DNA of 64,000 nt from the NCBI GenBank assembly GCA_020137815.1, contig CM035359.1, positions 3,596,001 to 3,660,000 of the forward strand, in the 5' to 3' direction. This document shows, piece after piece, positions 13,001 to 23,400 of the stretch. A program made the translations under genes and the position numbers. Every line of letters begins with the position of its first letter. Within the stretch, counting starts at the first letter, position 1. Source of the DNA: Hormiphora californensis. Its lineage: Eukaryota; Animalia; Ctenophora. The notes beneath the pieces are model-generated. The model had not been told where the DNA came from. It did no database searches and was given only the letters and a program-made list of their open reading frames with translations.

Positions 13001-16000
13001 TGAACTTCTCCAGACGGCACTTACCTTTTGTAAAAGAATGCTTCAGAAAGCTATTGAACACGACCTAGAAACACCTGCTAGTAATCCTGAAGAAGACCAA
13101 GAAACACCTGCTAGTACTCCTGAAGAAGACCAAGAAACACCAGCTAGTAATCCTGAAGAAGACCAAGAAAGACCTGCTAGTACTCCTGAACAAGACCAAG
13201 AAAGACCTGCTAGTACCCCTGAAGAAGACCAAGAAAGACCTGCTAGTACTCCTGAAGAAGACCAAGAAAGAACTGCTAGTACTCCTGAAGAAGACCAAGA
13301 AAGACCTGCTAGTACTCCTGAACAAGACCAAGAAAGACCTGCTAGTACCCCTGAAGAAGACCAAAGAAAGACCTGCTAGACTCCTGAAGAAGACCAAGAA
13401 AGAAATGCTAGTACTCTGAAGAAGACCAAGAAACACCTGCTAGTATCCTGAAGAAGACTAGAAAGACCTTTAGACTCCTGAAAGAAGACCAAGAAATACC
13501 TGCTAGTACTCCTGAAGAATACCAAGAAACACCAGCTAGTACCCCTGAAGAAGACCAAGAAAGACCTGCTAGTACTCCTGAAGAAGACCTAGAAAGACCT
13601 GCTAGTACTCCTGAAGAAGACCTTGGATCCATCGCATCCTATTCTCGCTCCGCGAATAATAGGATCCCGGCCCGTTGAGAGCAAGAACTCACGTGCGCGC
13701 GATATAAAGCACGTTTTCAGCAGACCTTTTTAGCTGACCTAGCACTACTCGAAGGTCAATTATGGCCTCATTTCGCATCGTGATGAATCGGCGGGGTATT
13801 TTCCCATATCACAAGGCCAATGACGATTCACCCAGTACCCGCAGATTGTCCAGGACCGAGTAGGAGCTTGCAGCCAGGTCTTTATAGAATGCTCATGTTT
13901 AGCGTCAATTTGACCCACTATTCCTCAAATGCTGATACGCGGGTATTTTCCGTAAAACTAGAGACAATTACCTGCCAGGAGCAACAAACGAGATGCAAAT
14001 CGGTTCAGTAGTTCCTTGCAGCCAGGTCTTGAAAAAGTTGCTCTAAAATCAATAACGGGCCGGAGGCCTAGATGTGAGATCGATCTCGGTCGCTGCGCGA
14101 CCTCGATCTCACTCAGGCATCAATGTGGCCAAAAGAAGACCTAGAAACACCTGCTAGTACTCCTGAAGAATACCAAGAAACACCTGCTAGTACCCCTGAA
14201 GAAGACCAAGAAACACCTGCTAGTACTCCTGAAGAAGACCAAGAAACACCTGCTAGTACTCCTGAAGAAGACCAAGAAACACCTGCTAGTACTCCTGAAG
14301 AAGACCAATCAACACCATCTACTCTTGAAGAAGACCAATCAACACCATCTACTCCTGAAGAAGACCAATCAACACCATCTACTCTTGACCAAAACGATTC
14401 CGAACAAGATCAAACCTAAAGCTAACTGTTTGTTGTGAATTGAAATTTAATCCATGGTACGACGGCACGTCCCAGATATGAGATCGACAGTGTATATAAT
14501 CAGTTTATGTCAGTAACTCGAAATCGAACTCTTTTTTTCTGGACGAAAACTTGATATCTATATAATTATAATGTCGAAGTGATTCGAGTTTTTTCCCGAA
14601 ATTAGTGACATTCTAGTTCTAGTTGACTTTTTTTCCATTCGAGTTATCGTCCGTTCGACGTCCGCCTCCGATTCTGCTTTACAATCGGGTGTGTTTCGCT
14701 TTTAAGTCCCGACAAACAATTTCAAGTTTGAAGCTGTAGATTATGAAAAATTAAATTTCCGCCCAAAATGGAACGATGAGTTTTAATGATTTGTTTTTAC
14801 CGAGGCGGTGTTTGTTGAGTAAGGGGGAAGAGTGTGACACTCTTCCCCCTTACTCAACAAGGCGGTCTACAGCAGTGGTTCATGGCCAACTGGCCAGAGT
14901 AAAGTAGTGATTTAACATACAGCAGTTCCATGGAATATAGGAGGACTATATAGTATATAGTCGCGTCGGACCTAATGAACCTATTACAAACTTATGTCAT
15001 GCAAGACCCTTGCTATGCAATGTATAATATATGCCACCACCCGGCTTAGTTTCTGTATACTGCTGTGGGGACAGACGAACATAAATCATGAAAGATGCGG
15101 AGTGAATGCTTCGTGAATCAACAAAACAAACTCACAAACAAACCCACAAACAAGCTCACAAACAAGCTCACAAACAAACCCACAAACAAGCTCACAAACA
15201 AACTCACAAACAAACCCACAAACAAGTTCACAAACAAACACAAAAAACACCACAACAAACCACAAAAAAACCACAAAAAAAAACAAAACAAACAAACTCA
15301 CAAACAAACCCACAAACAAGCTCACAAACAAACTCACAAACAAGCTCACAAACAAGTGCACAAACAAGCTCACAAACAAACTCACAAACAAACTCACAAA
15401 CAAAAGCAAAGCACCATTCTATTACCTGGTATGTCCCCGTGTCTGCTGGTTTAAAGTTGTAAATGGTAAAAGTAATGATATTTCCTACGTTCACAACTGT
15501 CCAGTACGAGGGTAGATTTCCCAGCAGCTATATAATGAAGTGCATCAGGGTTTTAGTATTCAATTTCTACAGTGTCGGAATCCCGAGTCGAACAATGATT
15601 TAGCATTACTAAAATGCAATTAATCAGAAGCTTTCGGCCGAACTATATGTCAGGCGTCATCAGTTTGTTAGGAGTTGGATACGGAATTCCTAAATAGAAC
15701 ACGGAAAGTAGGGTCGCCATGACAGCGAGTTTACGAACCTTAATCCATCCGATGTCAGACTGGGAGACGCTCACAGAGGAACTGTGTTCAGTTTTCAGTG
15801 TCACAGTAACATCCTCCCCTTCAAAACGAGCTACCACTGTCTCTAAGGTGGGCTCCACTCGCAAATATTGGCCTGATATCCCTGTGGGGTCGTAAAACGA
15901 AACTTTTATGAGAATGACAGGGATGCGGTATAACAATAGAATTGATCATACTCCAAAATTATCCTGCGACTGCCTGTTCCCTTGAAAACATACTATATTG

Positions 16001-18147
16001 CTTCATTGTGGATTATTATTGCTGACTTACCATTTATAAAAATGAACGCAAGTGCTATCAGCATTTAGACCACATCATTATATATTTCTCATTAATCTGG
16101 GGTATGCTATAACACAGAGTCGGGTTTTAGTTTCAACAATCCCCCACACACACAGAAGGGGAGTTCACCCCTCCACATGCACAGTTCAAGGGGAGTAATT
16201 CACACTTCACCTGGCGACCGTTTTGAATGAGAATTGAAATCCTCTCAATGAAAGCTAAACTAGTAGTACATCATGTTGAATACCTCCCCCCCCTCACCTC
16301 GGACTAGTATAGCCGCTGTTAAGTAGAACTGTACCATGGACATTGCATGTTAGATGTACAGTGTGATAAATAGAGCTACTTTTCATTACTCAATAGTACA
16401 TTGAAAACGGTTTAAATTATAAACGACATCTACTATCAATCTGTTTTAACACAAAACCGCAAACTCAATTAACAATTTCTACAAGGATTTGAATAATAAC
16501 ATAAAGCAAGTGAGCTCTGAATAAATATTTTTCAATAATATACACATTTGACTGCCCAGTATATTTAAAACGGGAGCCTAAGAGTTTCTTTAAAACTGCA
16601 ACCATTTATCAAACTGTCTCTGGTTTTCCCGGTTTTTCTTGGTCTGCCACCACCAGTGGGGAACTAAGTTGTTGTTGGAGTGCCCGCACTGTGGACATGG
16701 GGCTGATCTGTGTAGGGTCCCTCTCCTACCCTCCTGAATGGGGAAATATAGTGTGACACGCCATATTTGGGCATATAGCACTGCCCAAATTGGGGCTGGT
16801 CTGTTTGTATGTAGGCCCTCTCCTACCTCCTGAATGGGGAAATATAGTGTGACACACCATATTTGGGCATATAGACATCTGCCCAAATATGGGGCTTGAT
16901 CGTGTAGGGCCCTCTCCTACCCTCCTGAATGGGGAAATATAGTGTGACACGCCATATTTGGGCATATAGACAACTGCCCAAATATGGGGCTGGTCTGTGT
17001 AGGGTCCCTCTCCTACCCTCCTGAATGGGGAAATATATGGTGACAACCATATTTGGCAATATAGTCGATGCCCAAATGTGGGGCTGGTCTGTGTAGGGTC
17101 CCTCTCCACCCTCCTGAATGGGGAAATATAGTGTGACACCATATTTGGGATATAGACATCTGCCCAAATATGGGCTGATGGTGTAGGGTCTCCTCTCCTA
17201 TCCTCCTGAATGGGGAATATGTGTGACACACCACATATTTGGGCATATAGACATCTGCCCAAATATGGGGCTGGTCTGTGTAGCTACCCTCCTGATGAGA
17301 AGTATACATGAGATTGGACACACACACACACACTGTCTACTGAAACACTGCCTACTGAAACAACCATATTGAATGTACATGAGATTGGATGAAAAAGAGT
17401 AAGATACGTAGAGACGGAGAGGTGCGAAGGTGTCAGGAATGTATTTAGTGTGATGGATGAAACTAATGACCTGTCGATTTGTCTGTCAGCAGCTCAGTAC
17501 GTTTTGTAGGCGAGCAATATCAATATGAAGGAGCTGCAGGGGCACAATTATCCTAAGTGGGACAGATGGATATATCCCTTTTTTGCAAGGACAAGAGACA
17601 TGAGAGAAAGCCTCCCAAACTGCAGTTCGTACCTGTACTCTGTAGGAGGGGGTGCAGGGTAGGTTTCAAACAGTGTCTCTGGGACATCTGCCGCTGGTAA
17701 TTTCATTGTCGCCTTGTAAGTACCTGATCCCTGTAAAAGAATAGTTACTTTACAAGTTACAACATGTTGTTACTTTACAAGTTACAACATGTGTAGTTAT
17801 TTTATTTCACTCGGGCCATTCAGCTTTTCTTGATTTAGTTGTGAAGCATGAAACCAGCTCGGCCTCGGCCTGTACGGAGATCTACACCAAAACACATTTT
17901 CAAGTAACAGTCGGACCCCGGTATACCGGTCACCCCGATTTACAGGGCAAAACCAGTTCCCCCGAGCACCCCGGTAAATCGGGATACGACTGTACCTTGT
18001 TAGAAAAGCAAGCACCGTGGCCGCTTGATGCGATGACTCTCCGTTTTACACCTCAGCCCTGGTGAGAATCACGCAGCGTAGGCCTCGTAGCCACCGGGTA
18101 CTTGTACATTCGTTGAACGGGCTTCGGTCGGACATTCACTGAAATTT
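1000..18147 (-). CDS. Multi-exon immunoglobulin-superfamily (I-set-like repeat) cell-surface or matrix protein, partial
   Basis: GT-AG exons read by hand: 17633-17730, 15739-15881, 15426-15527 (..FKPADTGTYQ), 7558-7630, 7211-7352, 6576-6700 (..TQESDSGK), 5553-5641, 5343-5441 (IKWYREG), 5157-5247 (DSSGLYECHV), ~4110-4181, 3770-3938, 2334-2410, 1932-2075 (TDEGSYTV), 1640-1719 (CEGAGNPHPDIQWF), 1348-1457 (NTGTYQC), 1000-1112. Phases match at the junctions checked from 15881 to 5157 and from 2410 to 1000. Ig DxGxYxC and C..GxPxPxIxW motifs are present. Exons near 2960-3090, 4250-4340, 16030-16260 and 17995-18147 are noisy. Confidence 0.85.
2141..2227. mobile_element. Tiny Tc1/mariner-like MITE (CAGTC..GACTG family)
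   Basis: TA-cagtc start and ccgatttaccg..cggtaaatcggg..cgactg end; same family as 17909-17992. Confidence 0.5.
4345..4476. repeat. (GA)n microsatellite
   Basis: Seen directly. Other (GA/TC)n tracts lie at 6994-7042, 25860-25997, 29808-29956, 32687-32764 and 47075-47300. Confidence 0.95.
4746..4957. repeat. ~52-bp minisatellite, about 4 copies
   Basis: Unit taccagtacttgattcagtgttttacataccagtgagtcgatggtaggtgata. Confidence 0.9.
5643..6278. repeat. 18-bp minisatellite, about 35 copies, abutting a splice acceptor
   Basis: Unit tgtaacatttacagggaa. On -, the last unit runs into ..gttacAG|GT of exon 5553-5641. Confidence 0.95.
7975..8630. mobile_element. Non-autonomous repeat, family unassigned
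   Basis: acacgagaccgaagg (7989) recurs inverted at 28540-28555. 8245-8290 resembles 14570-14615. GC-rich mini-hairpins such as gagcttgcgagctc. Confidence 0.4.
9963..13379 (+). CDS. Intronless rhodopsin-class GPCR with Cys-rich/LDLa ectodomain (GRL101-like but lacking LRRs)
   Basis: 1138-aa ORF. It has a signal peptide and LDLa repeats (CDGHSDCNSGADE, VCDLVDDCGDGSDEGNC, CDVTIDCPDFSDEC). The 7TM carries LGD in TM2, TDFCCWMP in TM6 and NSVINPLLY in TM7, with a long ECL2 (YGNDPICLFK). An 11-aa acidic repeat tail follows; the ORF ends at an indel inside the repeats. Confidence 0.93.
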   Translation: MRGDYLLLVLIIGFHATIQVECSVYNNCNITEIGPFLTEICPRVRPPGSDKIVFRCPNSNDTFAAYTRYSQALRQTRNMVTKLCPNDVAHYQACLVKYLDDYDRFSFFNGFNIRLFDSPPVCGRLCWNNESYAYQFTDDQHCPEDATISEANFTRYVLPRPPHNYTFPIPSNLVCDGKCDYVNEDFLSMVWRCVDEIDCHGLSYGIVIPESGIFPLNIGSDFMEATNMNFEKYCEHSHEYDGGERRLYPLNNRTRCFYMLQYQLFGNEFDSKRHYDYPYCIDGHDQTNCSYSGFVAGQCKVDGFLTTVSTHILCGRDMPILCDDKLDGECFTSDRHCRVHKHRLCDGHSDCNSGADEKLGACYSRLTKRKCERRMTQVTSLLPIPYNWVQDGIVDCVGGEDEDFTSWDRCGTGSTNRVRRGRKCRDVFVCRPGEVLKYLELEDICATAATCGGKACENSNPVVPWTTLSETVVGNRRIIRSGWCQRGLESLTRAIGDTCTGNDFTNPFQEFFGKTLTTQLILSSVIHDCRYFYGKQYVYRTCSDQCPNENCPLSKPIIHSSCGNIKNLRYSIAQVGVTVVEKDRYGYHNDFFACNTSLCIPFSKVCDLVDDCGDGSDEGNCENSVKCGESNRYIAISQMCDVTIDCPDFSDECNNDCHRKFIENVATLACASLMGIVGTVLSGTQVFKSIFMDEPSKKDSQLINKVFSTLIALGDLLTSTYLLILVAFHWANRNSFCEKQLAWVSSWTCRILGILSTTGTTITSLSMAVVSLFKLQGVRRGIRFRRSKDISPEFKKKVFLMVAAIKFMAVGFAVTPIIPDFEDGFVNGLIYEDAAQLFLGVMTKEKLLSIIQGYHGTRMITRSESRLSWARIRSVVSSMFTVDNGGVQHRKLSFYGNDPICLFKFFVLPDDPQLVFVWSYISLQFLCFLAVAVCHTVIGVLVTRNNKVEGSHLASKLNGKIMLICLTDFCCWMPFLICCALHTAEVVDMSPWYQVSLIILSINSVINPLLYNSELLQTALTFCKRMLQKAIEHDLETPASNPEEDQETPASTPEEDQETPASNPEEDQERPASTPEQDQERPASTPEEDQERPASTPEEDQERTASTPEEDQERPASTPEQDQERPASTPEEDQRKTC
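13066..14419 (+). repeat. 33-bp coding tandem repeat (PASTPEEDQE[T/R]) forming the GPCR C-tail, split by an insertion
   Basis: About 17 units at 13066-13622. The array resumes at 14133 with about 5 units plus three 30-bp units, ending at TAA 14417-14419. Confidence 0.9.
13623..14132. mobile_element. 510-bp non-autonomous DNA element, TTGG..CCAA ends, 9-bp TSD
   Basis: TSD aagaagacc at 13614-13622 and 14133-14141; short imperfect TIRs. Confidence 0.85.
14812..14860. repeat. Perfect 49-bp palindrome (24-bp arms)
   Basis: ttgttgagtaagggggaagagtgt-g-acactcttcccccttactcaacaa. Confidence 0.95.
15118..15405. repeat. 12-bp degenerate minisatellite (cacaaacaagct)
   Basis: Seen directly; starts about 20 bp from the donor of exon 15426-15527. 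Confidence 0.9.
16697..17295. repeat. ~92-bp tandem repeat, 6-7 copies, each with an internal hairpin
   Basis: Each unit contains ccatatttgggca-N10-tgcccaaatatgg. Confidence 0.9.
17909..17992. mobile_element. Tiny Tc1/mariner-like MITE
   Basis: cagtcggaccccg...cgggatacgactg followed by TA. Confidence 0.6.
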
Positions 18148-19026
18148 TGATCTGAATAAACTTTCAATGCCATATTGCCATATTGTAGCACTCGTTTTTC
18201 ACGGGGGGAAGGGAGGAAGGTTGTAGTTTATGATAGTTTGGTATTTAGTAAGCGACCATGCTTATGGCGATCGTGTTAGATGAAATGCATGATATTTGTC
18301 GGTATTCGAGGGGAGAAGATGCTATTTACTTCGTCCCTTTCAACGTAGAGCACTTGTAGACTGGCAGTCTCACTTAGGCTCTCAGTCACGGTTCTATTTT
18401 TGCTCTCGAGGTAGTACTCGTATAAACAGACATGGCCCCACCAGCGCACATTGTTTACCTAACGGAATCTGAAGAGGTCAAAGCAGAGCGCGCAGGTTGA
18501 GACATGATATCCATGAACAGAAGAAGCAGGGCAATGCCAAGCCAGCATATTAAATATTTAAAGAATGTGTTAGTAAAACATAAGGATTGTTTGACATGAT
18601 GAGAGCACGTGACCACGTCCCACCATGCAAGAATCACGCATGTGCGCCTCGGAAACATGGACACACACAACTCTATCCAGGAGACGAGTATAAAGGACAC
18701 ACCTCCCCACTCATCCTCACTTCCAGAGTTATCTGATACAAAACTCTCGTTACATTGCAATTCGTACCACTTTTGCTGTACTCGGACACCAATATGGGAC
18801 TCTTACCCTCAATTAAAATGCTATCTTAAATCTGCTCTCTCAAATACCATCATTCCAGCGACATATGATCTCTCCGCTAACAGTGAGCACTCTCCCCGGC
18901 ATGGCCTAGTCCAATCATTAGTTTATGCCAGCATTTTTGGCCAATACTAATAGAAAAATCAACAACCCAACAAAAGCAAAACGATACCTTTGTTCCAGAC
19001 CTCCTCTGTATGGTTTGTAAACTTAA

Positions 19027-19764
19027 AGTAAGAGTGCGCGCCATGTTTTCTCACAAAAACTTGGTGAAGAACGGGGAGTACCACCAGGACCATTGGTACG
19101 GTATAGAAAATTTCCCAATTCCGTCTCATTTATTAGTATGACGTAATATGTAGCATTATTTCAACTTTCACAAAATTGTCTACAGAAAAATCTGTTCATT
19201 GTGGATTTGAAATGGAGCTTGCATCCGTTGTCAGCGTCAAAAAATAGCCGGGGGTACAAATTTTGGTGGTCTCTACCTTGTCTGGAACGCTGAGGATATG
19301 ACAAATATCAAAAACGACAAAAGTGAAAGAAAGAGAAGATGTTACAAGTGGGGTGGGCGCGAACACAACACAACTAGCACCCCAAAAGATAACAAAACTC
19401 TCTTTCTCCCATTTTGGTCGTTTTGATTAATTGTCGATATTCTCGCGTGTCCCACAAAAGAGAAAGGTTAGAGAACAAAAATTTGGACCCCGGACTATTT
19501 TTGTAACGGTTTGTTGGACTGAACCACCGATGTGCAAAGCATCACATTTCATCCACAAAGTGTGACACAGATTTTTCTGTTGTGTAGGAGCAATTTTCTG
19601 AAATTGAAGGTGAAATAACTGAACATATTACGTTATCATAACAATGAAACGAGACAGAATTGGAAATTAGTGAGGGGTTACGGATTACTCGTACCAATGG
19701 TCCTGGTGGTATCCCCGTGCATCCACCAAGTTTTGTGAAGAAAACACGGCACGCCACTCTTACT
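19027..19764. mobile_element. Kolobok-like foldback MITE
   Basis: TTAA on both sides (19023-26, 19765-68), ends AGTAAGAGTG..CACTCTTACT, and long diverged inverted arms (e.g. taccaccaggaccattggtacg in both orientations). Confidence 0.75.
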
Positions 19765-20439
19765 TTAATAGGATAAAGCTTGCGTAATCATTGAAATCTA
19801 TGTATTATTATGATCAGTTTTTATCTATCTAAATGACTGACCAAGACAGACATAATATGACAAGCGAAGAGCCCTCCAATGTGCAGCACTGCTCTCCCTT
19901 CAATTTTCAAGGGAGTTCGTACGGAGGGTTCCAGGCTATGCCGTCTATACCCGGGTGGTATGAGACTTGGTACGCTTCAGCTATTAATGCCCCAACCAAA
20001 AAAACACAAGACCAAGGTTCCATACGGTTCGACGTGATTTAAAATGATTGAGAAATGTCTGGGCCCCATCACATTAGATTTATATAGTTATGAAAATAGA
20101 GGTAGGTTGGCGGGGAAAAATAGCATTATGAACATAATGCAGTTAATATCTTGCCTTGCTTATTATTGTGTATCTATATATTGGGGCATTGACTATTGGT
20201 ACGATCATTTCACGCGTTAAAATGTCGTGATAAACTAATGCGGTATTTATTGCGGTGTTAGTTATTTTGCCCATTTAGATTTGCAATCGATCTCTACACT
20301 TGTACTATATAAGACTGTCTCTCCGCTACGTCATCTGATCTGATCTGATCTGATCTGATCTGATCTGAATCTGATCTGATCTGATCTGAATCTGAATCTG
20401 AATCTGAACTGTATACACTGACTGTAACATGTTACAGTC

Positions 20440-23400
20440 GGTAAGCGGACTCTAGTGCTAAAATCACGAAAAGCGAACTCGATATTTCGGCCGTAAGGGG
20501 CTGAGAGGAAGGGAGAGTGTTGCTGTGTGTACCTCTATATCTAAGTTGCTGATTGTGTTCAGGTAAGGTGTTGTTCAGGGTTTCGTAGTTTGGTTATTGG
20601 TAGGGTTCGAGGTAAGGGAGTTTGGTTAGTATTTTTTAAGAGTAGTTAGTGTATGTTGTGAAGGCTCGGTTTTGAGGTTTGATATTTTTTTGAATAGAAT
20701 GAGCCTCTTTGGGTGTAAATATAGAGTCCGTTAGCACAGAGGTCCACCTACCGTTACAGTTCAGTGCCTGACAAAATCAAACTGTATAATTGTCCATCGT
20801 GCTTTGTCAGGCCAAGGCTATGACAGTGATTGCTGGGCGTGCTGACTGAACTTCGGAGCCTCTTATAGTTGTTTTCTAGTGGTCACGTGCCATTAGTTTA
20901 GGTTTTCACTCATATAATCAGGATTTCATTACTAAATAGCGGTATACGATATTACGATTCGGTCTACTTTGAAAAAAGGTGTGGATGATGAAAATCCCCT
21001 AGTGATGACACATCGTGTTAGCCAGCGCTGTGCGCAGCAGGGTAGGTGGTGGCCCCCGCGCGTCACCAAACTAAAAAGGCCATGGCGCACGGTACAGTTC
21101 GGGGAGAGTGGCACGTGGACTATAGTTACCTATGGTTATGTTTTAACCCATTAGTAGGAGCGCTTAGAGGAGAGGACTAGAAGGAACATTCGAAATTACA
21201 GAAATAGTTGCAGGGAAGGGGGAAAAGGGAGGGGAGGGATGTGAGCGCCCTAACATAAGCAAAACCCACTATTACCCAAGCGAAGGGGAGTTCTACCAAA
21301 CCCAACCCCACGCTCCCAAGGAACCCCCAAGGGGCGCACCCCCCCGCACCCCTTCACCCCAACGCCCCGCCCATCCACCACACCACATGCCCACCCCCCC
21401 ACCCCCAACCCCCCACATCCCCCACCCCCCCTCACCACCCATACACCTCTTTCCTGTCCCAAACCAACCTTAACTCCCGCACCATTCCAACTTCCCACCC
21501 TTACATACTAAACTCCAACCCAACCTTCACCACACACCCCCCACCACCCCCTCCTCCACCTCCCACTCCCAATCGATCCGTAACCCACCACACCCACCCC
21601 CACGATCTCCCCCCACTAACCTCTCAACAAGGGCCCTACCCCTCACCGTACCTTCCTACCCCCTCACACCCTCACCCCCACCTCCCCTGACACACAGAGA
21701 ATATTTAAGACGCAGAACGGCCCAGCCTCACGGGGACAAAACGAAGGGCCGCACGCGACCAAAACAATACCCCCCCCGCCTCTCTGAACAGCTTCCCAGC
21801 CCACCAACTCCACAAGCAACCTCGCCAATGGTAGACATCATAAAACGAGACAGAAGCAAATAAACAACCTACCTACTACGCCAGGCAAACAAGACCAACA
21901 ACCCCGCCCTACTTCCAGCGCTATAAGACCCCACCCCTCCCATCCCCACACCTCCCCCTCCAACGTGACCCGAAATGGCGGCCGAATACCACACGAACAT
22001 GTACCCAATCTAACGCGGGAAAACCCGGCGCCTACCCCCCAGACACCACCCCTAACCCGGCAACACAGGGTAGGCGCCGGCCACGCCCACACCATTCCAG
22101 AACCGCCTACACAGCAAACACTGACTACCCGCCTCCCAAACCGCGCACACCCCCAGCAAGGACACGGTACCTGCACATTGTCGCACCCAAACGCGTAAAC
22201 AAACGCCCATAACTCAAAAGATGGAAAACCCGACAATTCCCACGCCCCCCCCAACCACGTCGGAAAGACAAACGAAGCTTAACGGTCCAACACAACCGAT
22301 AAACCCAAGGACCTCAATCACGAAAAGATTAGGAAGGAACTGCAGGCGCCCCCGAAAGGAAAAACGTAGAGTGAGGGGCGCCCCTCGGCGCCCAGACCAC
22401 TCATAACCCTAGACAACGCACAAACCATAACCCTTAACCACCATGCCACAAAAGCACGATGAGGCAACGAAATTACGGAGATAGCAACCACGGGCAAGGA
22501 CAGCATCTACAAGGAAGGAGACCGCTCAAAGCAGAAACCAGGAAAGGATACGAGTAAAGGAAAGACACACTCCCGACCGGGCAAGGAAAAAAACGGAAGG
22601 AGCGAGGCAGGAAGGAAAAAGGACGAAGGGAACGAAAGGAGAAGCCCCCCTCCCCTATACCCCCCCCCCGATCCCCCCCCCCAGGGAGAACCAAAAAGCA
22701 GACGAGAAAATAGGAGAGGGGGCTGAGAGGGGACTGAAAAGGCGAGAACCCGGAGGGAGGGCTGATGGTGCCTTAAATAAGAAAACCAGCATTAAACAAG
22801 GAAAATCTATTTTTAGAGACTTTACCGTGTTTGCTGAATTCTCAATTCACTGCACTTATCAATGTATTGTCGAGGCACACCAAGAGAAAGGCACCAAACG
22901 CGCCCTGGAGAATGAGAAGTAGAGGGAGGCACAGGCGGAACGGGAAAGGGCAGCGCGTGAAAGCGAAGAGAGAGGCGAAGACAGAGGAGAGAGCTACCCG
23001 GAGGAAGGGAACAGGAGCCGGGAGAGGCCATCAGAGAAAGAGGACTATAAAGAGAAAGATGGAAAGAGATATAAAATGAAAAAAAAGGGTTAAAACAAAG
23101 AGTTTAGAAAACAACAGTTCCAGTATCTATTCCGCACAAACGATGTGGATTCCTCCAACGATGTGGATTCCTCCAACGATGTGGATTCCTCCAACGATGT
23201 GGATTCCTCCAACAGTACTGAATCCTCTAGTATATTGACGAAGGAGGCGATGACGAAAACGAAGAGAACAGAGGGCGCACGAAAAAAATAGTGGGGGACA
23301 ACCCGGGAAACACGGATGTGAAGAGAACCCCAGGACCGACTCGTCCCTGAAGCATCAGAGACGGTCCAACAACCAACTCACCGCCCCGGGCACTTCCCAC

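Noticed and set aside
15086-15462. ORFs such as LFVSLFVS / KQTHKQAH
   Set aside because: They are translations of a 12-bp minisatellite.
16590-17380. 178-aa and overlapping ORFs
   Set aside because: They are products of the 92-bp tandem repeat.
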